A stretch of DNA of 64,000 nt from the NCBI GenBank assembly GCA_903827945.1, contig CAIKKN010000009.1, positions 52,046 through 116,045 on the forward strand. The letters run 5' to 3'. This stretch comes from an uncultured Actinomycetes bacterium. GTDB taxonomy: Bacteria; Actinomycetota; Actinomycetes; Nanopelagicales; Nanopelagicaceae. Positions 56,670-64,000 of this stretch are shown one piece after another. A program made the translations under genes and the position numbers. Under the pieces are notes generated by a model. The model saw only the letters and a program-made list of their open reading frames with translations, ran no database searches and was not told where the DNA came from. The stretch's first letter is position 1. Each line of letters starts with the position of its first letter.

Positions 56670-57954
56670 ATTTCCAACCTGCAGCCAACCATTTTTCACG
56701 GTCCAAAGCATTTCGCCCATCAATCATGATTGCTTGGCTGACTAAATTCTTGAGTGTTGTGGGATCTATTTCTCTGTAAATCTTCCACTCGGTTAAATGC
56801 AGAACGATTTGCGCTCCGGCGACGCATTCCTCAATGGTTGAGGCAAAATTAAGTACGGGGAAGCGCTTCTGGGCATTCGCCATTGCTTTTGGATCATGAA
56901 CCGTTACAAGCGCGCCTGCTGCTTGAATTTGTACTGCAATATCAAGGGCTGGTGAATCACGAACGTCATCACTATCAGGCTTAAATGCAGCTCCTAGAAC
57001 CGCAATTTTCTTTCCGCGAAGGTCTTCAGATAAATCTTTTCGCACCAATTCGATAACGCGCTGGCGAGCACGTAGATTGATTGCATCAATTTCACGCAAG
57101 AATTCGACTGCTTGTTCGGCGCCAAGTTCTTCAGCGCGAGCCATAAATGCGCGGATGTCTTTCGGTAAACATCCACCGCCAAAACCGATACCAGCTTGTA
57201 GAAAGCGGCTTCCTATTCGAGGGTCGTATCCGATTGCTTTCGCAAGGACAGTCACATCTCCGCCTGCTGCTTCACATATTTCAGCCATTGCATTAATAAA
57301 TGAAATTTTTGTTGCCAAGAATGAATTTGCTGCAACTTTTACCAACTCTGCTGTTGGTAAATCTGCCCTTACCCAAGGCGTGTTATCGGCCAAGTTGGAT
57401 GCATAAACTTCTTTAAGAATTGATTCAGCGCGGTCGTTAGTGACTCCAACGACGAGGCGATTGGGGCGCAAAGTATCTTCAACAGCAAAACCTTCTCGCA
57501 GGAATTCTGGATTCCAAGCTAAATCTGCCTGGGGATTAATCTCAAGTAAGCGAGCGCGCAATCTGGCAGCTGTTCCAACAGGAACTGTAGATTTTCCAAC
57601 TACTAGCGCTCCATTTTTTACAATTGCTCCAACTGCTTCCAGTGAGGCGTTTACAAAAGTCATATCCGCAGCGAGGCCATCTTTTACCTGTGGGGTACCT
57701 ACGCAAATAAAATGAACATCACAATCAGCGGCATCGTTAAAGTTAGATGAAAATTTCAGTCTTCCGGAGGTAACTTGCTCCTTAAGAAGAGTATCTAGAC
57801 CCGGTTCATAAAATGGAATCTCTCCATGTGAAAGAGTGGCAATCTTGGAGGGATCCACGTCGATGCCGATGACCTCAAAGCCAAGACTCGACATGCAGGC
57901 AGCATGAGTCGCGCCGAGATATCCGGTGCCAATCACAGAGATTTTGAGTGCCAT
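56647..57954 (-). CDS. udg: UDP-glucose 6-dehydrogenase
   Basis: Start moved to ATG 57954 ([21 protein letters not shown]). Catalytic block [13 protein letters not shown]. The 3' end overlaps purE by 23 nt. Confidence 0.92.
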   Translation of the reverse strand: MALKISVIGTGYLGATHAACMSSLGFEVIGIDVDPSKIATLSHGEIPFYEPGLDTLLKEQVTSGRLKFSSNFNDAADCDVHFICVGTPQVKDGLAADMTFVNASLEAVGAIVKNGALVVGKSTVPVGTAARLRARLLEINPQADLAWNPEFLREGFAVEDTLRPNRLVVGVTNDRAESILKEVYASNLADNTPWVRADLPTAELVKVAANSFLATKISFINAMAEICEAAGGDVTVLAKAIGYDPRIGSRFLQAGIGFGGGCLPKDIRAFMARAEELGAEQAVEFLREIDAINLRARQRVIELVRKDLSEDLRGKKIAVLGAAFKPDSDDVRDSPALDIAVQIQAAGALVTVHDPKAMANAQKRFPVLNFASTIEECVAGAQIVLHLTEWKIYREIDPTTLKNLVSQAIMIDGRNALDREKWLAAGWKFRALGRS

Positions 57955-57993
57955 TAAACAAATTGTAGTGCTCCTAAACGGTACCTTGGGAGC

Positions 57994-58956
57994 GTGAAAT
58001 TTCCTGGCGTGAGTGTCGTTCTCCCAATCCTTAACGAGGAGCGCTTTCTTGAGCACGCAATTGAGGCAATTCTTGAGCAAAAGTATCCTGGAGATTTGGA
58101 AGTCATTCTCGCTCTTGGACCATCAAGAGATAGGACAAATGAGATTGCTCAAGGCCTTCGTCAGAAGGATTCACGAGTTGTCTTAGTGGATAGCCCAACT
58201 GGTCGCACGGCAGCCGGTCTTAATTTGGCCATTAAAGAGGCGAAATTTGAAATCATCTGTCGAATTGATGGACATGCTGAGATTTCAGAGACATATATAC
58301 AAGACGCAGTTGAAATTATGGAAGAAACCGGCGCAGTAAATGTTGGCGGAATCATGGCGGCAGTTGGCAAGAGTGCTTTTGAAAGTGCAGTTGCAACCGC
58401 GATGCGATCTCCACTTGGGGTTGGCGGTGCGCGATTTCATATCGGTGGCAAAGCCGGACCGGCTGACACTGTCTACTTAGGTGTTTTCAAAAAGCGGGCT
58501 TTGCTTGAAGTTGGTTTGTATGACGAGAGATTTACGCGCGCTCAAGATTGGGAGTTAAATTATCGACTCAGACAAGGTGGTGGAGTCATCTGGTTTGATC
58601 CGCGCCTTGTGGTTACTTATCGCCCTCGTCCGTCTCTTCAGGCTTTAGCAAAACAATATTTTGAATATGGTCGCTGGCGCCACGCAGTCGTGCGAACACA
58701 TAAAGGAACGGCCAATTATCGATATATAGCTCCGCCTTTGGCAACAATTATTATCGCTCTTTCATTGCTTGCTGGCATATTCATTCATCCATATTATTTA
58801 TTACCAGCTCTTTCGTACGCAACGGCCGTACTAGCCGGCGCATTTGTTATCGGGAAAACTTTCTCTGAAAAGCTAACACTTCCGGCTGTCCTTGCAACGA
58901 TGCATATTTCTTGGGGCGCTGGTTACCTCACCTCTCCTCGAAAATTAATCTCATGA
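57994..58956 (+). CDS. family 2 glycosyltransferase with C-terminal TM segments
   Basis: VSVVLPILNEERFL (GT-A N-terminus), DGH (DxD-like) and QDWELNYRL blocks. GTG start. Confidence 0.82.
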   Translation: MKFPGVSVVLPILNEERFLEHAIEAILEQKYPGDLEVILALGPSRDRTNEIAQGLRQKDSRVVLVDSPTGRTAAGLNLAIKEAKFEIICRIDGHAEISETYIQDAVEIMEETGAVNVGGIMAAVGKSAFESAVATAMRSPLGVGGARFHIGGKAGPADTVYLGVFKKRALLEVGLYDERFTRAQDWELNYRLRQGGGVIWFDPRLVVTYRPRPSLQALAKQYFEYGRWRHAVVRTHKGTANYRYIAPPLATIIIALSLLAGIFIHPYYLLPALSYATAVLAGAFVIGKTFSEKLTLPAVLATMHISWGAGYLTSPRKLIS

Positions 58957-60122
58957 AAAAGTTATTAGTCATTCTGCTTCTATTCGCAACTTCTACTTCT
59001 GCGCAAGCCGCCGAGGTCCCAGAGCGTTTTTATGTGAATGGAAGTGGATTTGGTCATGGCGTTGGCCTCAGCCAGATCGGCGCAAAAGGATTAGCGCTTG
59101 AAGGAAAGAGCTCAAGTGACATTATTAATTACTTCTTTCCAGGCACAACTATTACGGCAAATCCCGATTTGGGAAATATCAGAGTAAATATCGCCCACTT
59201 AGCTACTTACATCACCATTACAAATTCGAGCGGTGCAATTACGTTGAACAAAAGCGATGGAACCCCAGTCGCCACAATTCCTATCGGAAGTACGCTCAAA
59301 TTTGCAGTTGTCACAAAGGTTATTTCTCCAACTATCTCTGCCCCTAAACAAAAAGCGATCGTGATTCCGGCTGCTACTAGCTGGAACGTCAGGTGGGATG
59401 CAGGAACAATCATCACCGTCAACAATGGTGGCACAACAACAAAACTTGGCTATGGCGAGGTCAACCTCAAGGATGTTCTAAACAAGATTGAATTAACGAC
59501 GACTCTGCGTCTCAATGACCAATACATATATGGCATAAGTGAAATGTCTTCATCGTGGCCAGACGCAGCTCTTGCCTCTCAAGTGATTGCATCAAGAACC
59601 TATGGACTTTCTCGTATGGGATCGCTTCGAAAAGAATGTGATTGCAATATTTACAATTCAAAATATGATCAAAACTTTGTTGGATTCTCTAAGGAATCGG
59701 AAGCAAAATATGGCGCCATGTGGAAAGCCGCAGTAGACGCGACCTCTGGCCAAATCATTACTTATCAAGGAAATCCTATAAACGTTTACTTTTCTTCATC
59801 TTCTGGAGGAGTAACGCAGAAAGCATCGGATGTTTGGGGTACGGATTTCCCTTACCTCACCAATGTTCCTGATCCTTGGAGTTTAGATATTGTTTTGAAT
59901 CCGCAATATGCACATTGGCTCAGAGTCATTAGCCAAGCCGATGCGGCAAAAGCATTCGGATTGAGTGATGTTGCAACGTTAAAAGTAGATGCCCGAAGTA
60001 CTTCAAATAGTGCACTTTCAGTCACTGCCACTTCAAGTTCTGGTAAGACTTCTCAACTTCAAGTGGGAACATTTAAAACAAAGCTACTAATACCTGCTTC
60101 GTGGTTTGATATTACTAATTAG
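58953..60122 (+). CDS. SpoIID/LytB-domain protein (secreted)
   Basis: ATGA overlap with the glycosyltransferase stop. Signal peptide MKKLLVILLLFATSTSAQA. SpoIID blocks GHGVGLSQ, ASRTY and YFSSSSGGVTQ. Confidence 0.8.
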   Translation: MKKLLVILLLFATSTSAQAAEVPERFYVNGSGFGHGVGLSQIGAKGLALEGKSSSDIINYFFPGTTITANPDLGNIRVNIAHLATYITITNSSGAITLNKSDGTPVATIPIGSTLKFAVVTKVISPTISAPKQKAIVIPAATSWNVRWDAGTIITVNNGGTTTKLGYGEVNLKDVLNKIELTTTLRLNDQYIYGISEMSSSWPDAALASQVIASRTYGLSRMGSLRKECDCNIYNSKYDQNFVGFSKESEAKYGAMWKAAVDATSGQIITYQGNPINVYFSSSSGGVTQKASDVWGTDFPYLTNVPDPWSLDIVLNPQYAHWLRVISQADAAKAFGLSDVATLKVDARSTSNSALSVTATSSSGKTSQLQVGTFKTKLLIPASWFDITN

Positions 60123-61026
60123 CATGAAGGATTGAATTCAAACCTTCCCATACTCCAGTCTTAGGAGTCGCTTCAATCGCACCTGTTTGTGAGTTGCGGC
60201 GGAAGAGAAGATTGTTGGCTCCGGATAGTTCGCGCGCTTTAACTGTGCTTCCATCAGGAAGATTTACTTTTGATCCTGCCGTTATGTACAAGCCCGATTC
60301 GACTACACATTCATCTCCAAGTGAAATCCCAAGTCCAGCATTCGCACCAAGCAGCGAGCGTTCACCAATTGAAATTACGGCTTTGCCGCCTCCGCTGAGA
60401 GTGCCCATGATTGACGCGCCGCCGCCAATATCACTTCCATCTCCAACAACCACTCCGGCGCTTATTCGACCTTCAACCATCGACTTGCCAAGAGTTCCTG
60501 CATTAAAGTTAACGAAACCTTCATGCATCACTGTCGTTCCAGATGCGAGATGCGCGCCAAGACGTACGCGATCAGCATCTGCGATTCGAACTCCTTCAGG
60601 GATTACGTAATCAACCATCCGTGGGAATTTGTCTACGCTAAATACGGTGAGGTTTCCAAGCGCTGCACGAAGTCTTTGTTGAGTGAGGCTGAAATCTTCT
60701 AATGAACATGGACCAGCTGAAGTCCACGCAACATTTGTTAATAGACCAAAAATTCCTTCAAGATTAATACCGTGAGGTTTTACAAATCGATGAGAGAGCA
60801 AGTGAAGTCGCAGGTATGCATCGGAGGCGCTTTTTGGAGCCGCATCGATATCAATCTCAAGATCAACCTCGAGCTTTGTAATTCCGCGAAGTGGGTCAGC
60901 CTTTAAAAACTCAGAGCGGTCAGGTTTCCCCGTCGGTTGGCCCAAGCCAAGGGATATATACCAAGTATCAAGCACATCGCCATTTGCTGCGATGGTTGCT
61001 ACGCCAAATCCGAATGCTTTGCTCAT
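60115..61026 (-). CDS. dapD: 2,3,4,5-tetrahydropyridine-2,6-dicarboxylate N-succinyltransferase (actinobacterial type)
   Basis: 303 aa. Left-handed beta-helix hexapeptide repeats (VRLGAHLASGTTVMHEGFVNFNAGTLG...GRISAGVVVGDGSDIGGGASIMGTLSGGG). Confidence 0.85.
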   Translation of the reverse strand: MSKAFGFGVATIAANGDVLDTWYISLGLGQPTGKPDRSEFLKADPLRGITKLEVDLEIDIDAAPKSASDAYLRLHLLSHRFVKPHGINLEGIFGLLTNVAWTSAGPCSLEDFSLTQQRLRAALGNLTVFSVDKFPRMVDYVIPEGVRIADADRVRLGAHLASGTTVMHEGFVNFNAGTLGKSMVEGRISAGVVVGDGSDIGGGASIMGTLSGGGKAVISIGERSLLGANAGLGISLGDECVVESGLYITAGSKVNLPDGSTVKARELSGANNLLFRRNSQTGAIEATPKTGVWEGLNSILHAN

Positions 61027-61071
61027 GAGCCAAACTTATCAAGTTACTCATATCTCCGTACACTTCACCGC

Positions 61072-61605
61072 ATGCGTATCTCCGTTTACTGCTCATCCGC
61101 TCCAGATATTGACCCAGCACACCTGGACCTGGCCTATGAAATTGGAAAAGGAATCGGAGAGCGAGGCTGGGATCTTGTATGGGGCGGCGGAGCAATTTCC
61201 ATGATGGGAGCCGTTGCACGTGGAACGCGCGAAGCTGGAGGGAAAACATTTGGTGTTATCCCAACAAAATTATTACAACTTGAAATTGAAGATAAAGAGT
61301 CAACCGAAATAATTGAAGTTGATTCCATGAGATCTCGTAAGGCAAAGATTGAAGAGTTGAGCGACGCGTTCATAGCTCTTCCTGGTGGCATTGGAACTCT
61401 TGAAGAGTTCTTTGAAATTTGGGTAGGGCGATATTTAGGATTCCATGAAAAGCCCATTGCGGTCTGCGATCCAACAGGCGCATACGGTCCACTTCAAACG
61501 GCGCTTGAGCATCTGGCGACTTTAAACTTCATGAAGAGTGGTCAGAGCCACCTGGTCACATGGACCACGCAGGTGCAGGACGCGCTTGACGCCTGCGCTC
61601 GCTAG
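61072..61605 (+). CDS. LOG-family (TIGR00730) nucleotide phosphoribohydrolase
   Basis: Start at ATG 61072 (MRISVYCSS). GGGAISMMGAVARG and PGGIGTLEE signatures. The ORF-track start 60937 overlaps dapD. Confidence 0.88.
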   Translation: MRISVYCSSAPDIDPAHLDLAYEIGKGIGERGWDLVWGGGAISMMGAVARGTREAGGKTFGVIPTKLLQLEIEDKESTEIIEVDSMRSRKAKIEELSDAFIALPGGIGTLEEFFEIWVGRYLGFHEKPIAVCDPTGAYGPLQTALEHLATLNFMKSGQSHLVTWTTQVQDALDACAR

Positions 61606-61617
61606 TAGCCTTCTCAT

Positions 61618-61797
61618 ATGTCTACCCTCGCGCAGCTGCTCGACAGCCTTCCCGAGGAACAACGCATAATTCTTACCGCCCATTATCTTCGTGGAAAGAG
61701 CGCAGCGGATATTGCGGGGACGCTAGGCGTACCACAAAAGTCAGTAGAAAACATTATTGCGATTGGCAAGGCTCAACTCCTGAAGGCCCTTGAATAG
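61618..61797 (+). CDS. 59-aa stand-alone sigma-70 region-4-like HTH protein (not in the ORF track, which lists only 60 aa or longer)
   Basis: Hand translation: MSTLAQLLDSLPEEQRIILTAHYLRGKSAADIAGTLGVPQKSVENIIAIGKAQLLKALE. It fits the ECF sigma region 4.2 pattern LPxxxR...GxSxxEIAxxLGxxxxTV. Confidence 0.55.
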   Translation: MSTLAQLLDSLPEEQRIILTAHYLRGKSAADIAGTLGVPQKSVENIIAIGKAQLLKALE

Positions 61798-61906
61798 AAG
61801 AAAATTCACGCGTGAAATAAGGAGGCAAAGCCCCGATTTCACTTGTAGGGCAACTCTTTGAGATACTTCTCCTCTAGTTTTCGATTTATTAATAAGGGAG
61901 TTCTAC

Positions 61907-62086
61907 ATGGCAGCCATGAAACCACGCACTGGTGATGGACCCATGGAAGTGACCAAGGAAGCTCGCTCTTACGTAATGCGCATCCCTCTTGAAGGTGGCG
62001 GCCGTTTGGTAGTTGAATTAAACCTTGAAGAAGCGACAAACCTCGGGAACGTTCTTCAAGCAGCAGTTGCGCTTGTTAAGAAATAA
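61907..62086 (+). CDS. DUF3117-family small protein (Rv1211-like; not in the ORF track)
   Basis: Hand translation: MAAMKPRTGDGPMEVTKEARSYVMRIPLEGGGRLVVELNLEEATNLGNVLQAAVALVKK. SD AAGGGAG 6 nt upstream. Highly conserved actinobacterial family, found near dapD/LOG in mycobacteria. Confidence 0.75.
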   Translation: MAAMKPRTGDGPMEVTKEARSYVMRIPLEGGGRLVVELNLEEATNLGNVLQAAVALVKK

Positions 62087-62904
62087 CGCGCAAATATAAC
62101 CCCAACAATTGAAACGGGAATTGTTATAAAGATTCCCATTATGGCAAGAGATTTATCGCTTGAATTTTGAAGTGCAACATTTGCAAATATCAAAGCAACA
62201 TCTAATCCAAAAGTTGCAATAAATCCAGCCATCGCAAGTTCGCGGGCTTTTAGCCGCATTGTGTGCTCGTGCGTCATCCGTAGAATTGCATAACCAGCCA
62301 CAGCGCCAAGAATGATTCCGATTGGTTTTCCTACAATTCTTGAGACTATGAGTTCCCAAACTAGGGGGTTCTTAATGGCCCTCCAACTGAAATCAAAGGT
62401 TGTCGAGACTGAAGCCAAGAGAAATATTGGGAGTGCAACGTAATATCCAACCTTTTTCATCAGTTGAAATCCGCGCGATCCCCATAACAACCCCAGCGCT
62501 GCGCCAATGATGGTCGGGTGAATACCACCTTGTGAAGATGTGACTATGCCCAACACAATAATCGAACCAATGTCGTCTGCAATTGCCAGTGCGAGTAAGA
62601 AAATTCTAAGTTTTTTCTGTATGCGTGAAGGGAAAATTGCCAAAGCAATAAGAACGAAGGGAAGATCCGTTGCCATTGGAATGCCCCACCCTGATTTAGG
62701 TGCGGCTGTAAAAAGTGAAAGACCCAGGTAGATAAGGGCTGGAACTGCCATGCCTCCAGCAGCCGCAAGAACAGGTGCGATCAAATGCCTTCTGTCTGTG
62801 TGGCGTGATATCTCAATCCGCAACTCTTGCCCAATGGAGAAGAAGAAGAGCAGGAGGGGCCAAGTGAGCAACCAATCTCGCCACACGGGGTCCATCCAGT
62901 TCAC
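62056..62904 (-). CDS. nhaA: NhaA-like Na+/H+ antiporter, shortened (lacks the TM I region and a TM VI-equivalent segment)
   Basis: Aligns by eye to E. coli NhaA: FFFSIGQELR ~ FFLLVGLEVKRE, GWGIPMATD ~ GWAIPAATD, and ALAIADDIG ~ ALAIIDDLG (the DD pair is present). It is only 282 aa against ~388 aa. Start set at GTG 62904, 5 nt after GGAGG. Confidence 0.65.
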   Translation of the reverse strand: MNWMDPVWRDWLLTWPLLLFFFSIGQELRIEISRHTDRRHLIAPVLAAAGGMAVPALIYLGLSLFTAAPKSGWGIPMATDLPFVLIALAIFPSRIQKKLRIFLLALAIADDIGSIIVLGIVTSSQGGIHPTIIGAALGLLWGSRGFQLMKKVGYYVALPIFLLASVSTTFDFSWRAIKNPLVWELIVSRIVGKPIGIILGAVAGYAILRMTHEHTMRLKARELAMAGFIATFGLDVALIFANVALQNSSDKSLAIMGIFITIPVSIVGVIFARYFLTSATAA

Positions 62905-62936
62905 ATTCACCTCCATAGTTCGTTAAGTTCGGAGAT

Positions 62937-64000
62937 GTGAAAAAAGCAGTCAGACCACTTCTCACATCAGGAGTCGATTCTAGAACCCTTTCATCCTGGG
63001 AGGGGCTCGACGCAATTGCCCTTGGAGTGAAGTCGACGCAAACTGGTCCAGTCGCGCTGCAAAATTTTGTAAGCAAGTCCCTCGTGGAGAAATTAGAAAT
63101 TGACCTTAGCCTCGAGATTTCACAATGGCCCTCATTTGATGGAAAAGCTGGCGAGATTATTGAATTGCCAGTCTCTGAAGTAGATGGAATTAAGCGACTT
63201 TATTTAGTTGGCGTAGGGGCGGGAACTCATGAGGAGATACGAAAAGCTGGATCTCAACTTGGCCGCAAAGTAAAGGGAAACGGTTTTGCAATACTAAATG
63301 GAATTGTTACCGAAAAGAGTCATACGGTTGTGCACGCTGTTGCGCTCGCTCTCTCCCAGTATGAATGGAAATTATCAAATAAGACCGAGCAAAAGAAAGT
63401 AAGCAATTTTCTCTTTCTTGAATCACTTTCTGGAGAAATCGAGCACGCCAACTTATTAGTTGAAGCTATTTATACCGCTCGCGATTTGATACATACCCCT
63501 TCAAATATTAAAACTCCTGCTTGGCTTGCGACACAAGCAAAAACTCTTGCATCGAAAAAGAAAGATATTAACGTCCTCGTTCGGGCGGGCCGCGAACTCG
63601 CGAAGTTTGGTGGATTGCGAGCAGTTGGCGGATCATCACCAAATCCAGGTCCGCGAATGATTGAAATAACTTACGCCCCGGCTGGTTCAAGCAAATGGCC
63701 ACATGTGGTTCTCGTTGGAAAGGGAATTACATTTGATACCGGAGGAGTTTCACTCAAGCGTCCATACGACATCATGATTGGCATGAAGAGCGATATGGCA
63801 GGGGCCGCAGCAGTTATGGCGACCGTTATGGCGATGCCGGAACTGAAGCCAAAGGTTCGAGTAACTGCTTTGATGATGTGCGCGGAAAATGCGTTATCGG
63901 GGAGCTCGCAGAGACCCTCAGATGTAATCACGCAATACGGCGGCAAAACAGTTGAAGTATTGGATACAGATGCAGAAGGACGACTCGTCTTGGCTGATGG
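62937..64000 (+). CDS. pepA: leucyl aminopeptidase (M17), N-terminal ~355 aa; gene continues past the right edge
   Basis: Hand translation gives VGKGITFDTGGVSLKRP, MKSDMAGAAAV and LDTDAEGRLVLAD (M17 metal-ligand blocks). GTG 62937 is the first possible start after an in-frame TAG at 62916-62918. Confidence 0.88.
   Translation, partial: MKKAVRPLLTSGVDSRTLSSWEGLDAIALGVKSTQTGPVALQNFVSKSLVEKLEIDLSLEISQWPSFDGKAGEIIELPVSEVDGIKRLYLVGVGAGTHEEIRKAGSQLGRKVKGNGFAILNGIVTEKSHTVVHAVALALSQYEWKLSNKTEQKKVSNFLFLESLSGEIEHANLLVEAIYTARDLIHTPSNIKTPAWLATQAKTLASKKKDINVLVRAGRELAKFGGLRAVGGSSPNPGPRMIEITYAPAGSSKWPHVVLVGKGITFDTGGVSLKRPYDIMIGMKSDMAGAAAVMATVMAMPELKPKVRVTALMMCAENALSGSSQRPSDVITQYGGKTVEVLDTDAEGRLVLAD

Overview
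The window looks like a gene-dense (about 92% coding) chromosomal segment of a moderately low-GC actinobacterium. Hand counts on sampled lines give roughly 47-50% GC. The actinobacterial assignment is an inference from two things. First, the gene neighbourhoods match Mycobacterium/Streptomyces: ispF-cysS-rlmB, ppk1-mutT1, serC/pdxH/citA, groEL2 with CIRCE, dapD-LOG-DUF3117, purK-purE. Second, several families are Actinobacteria-restricted (DUF3263, DUF3027, DUF3117). I found no rRNA, CRISPR array, transposase or integrase. I found two tRNAs: Thr-UGU and Arg-CCU.

Most genes are housekeeping. The main theme is phosphorus handling in the left half:
- A polyphosphate module, ppk-mutT1-ppx.
- An ABC importer operon ending in a fused glycerophosphodiesterase/inositol-monophosphatase.
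- A cluster of FAD amine oxidase, PhnX-like C-P hydrolase, ABC importer, signal-less metallophosphoesterase and GMC oxidoreductase.

Each of these units is preceded by GTTCACC-type direct repeats in 11-nt phase. These resemble actinomycete PhoP PHO boxes, so I propose a Pho-type regulon with a partly undescribed organophosphonate/ester scavenging route.

Other observations:
- a perfect 24-bp tandem duplication carrying the ppk start codon
- a CIRCE operator with a duplicated right arm
- an AT-rich orphan LAL (MalT/LuxR) regulator
- a shortened NhaA
- a free-standing sigma region-4 mini-protein
- a G3-A-G6-A-G6 tract early in a GGDEF gene
- widespread 3'-end overlap of convergent genes, with only two clear intrinsic terminators

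All functional calls rest on motifs I could read in the translations and on recalled family knowledge. No database search was run.
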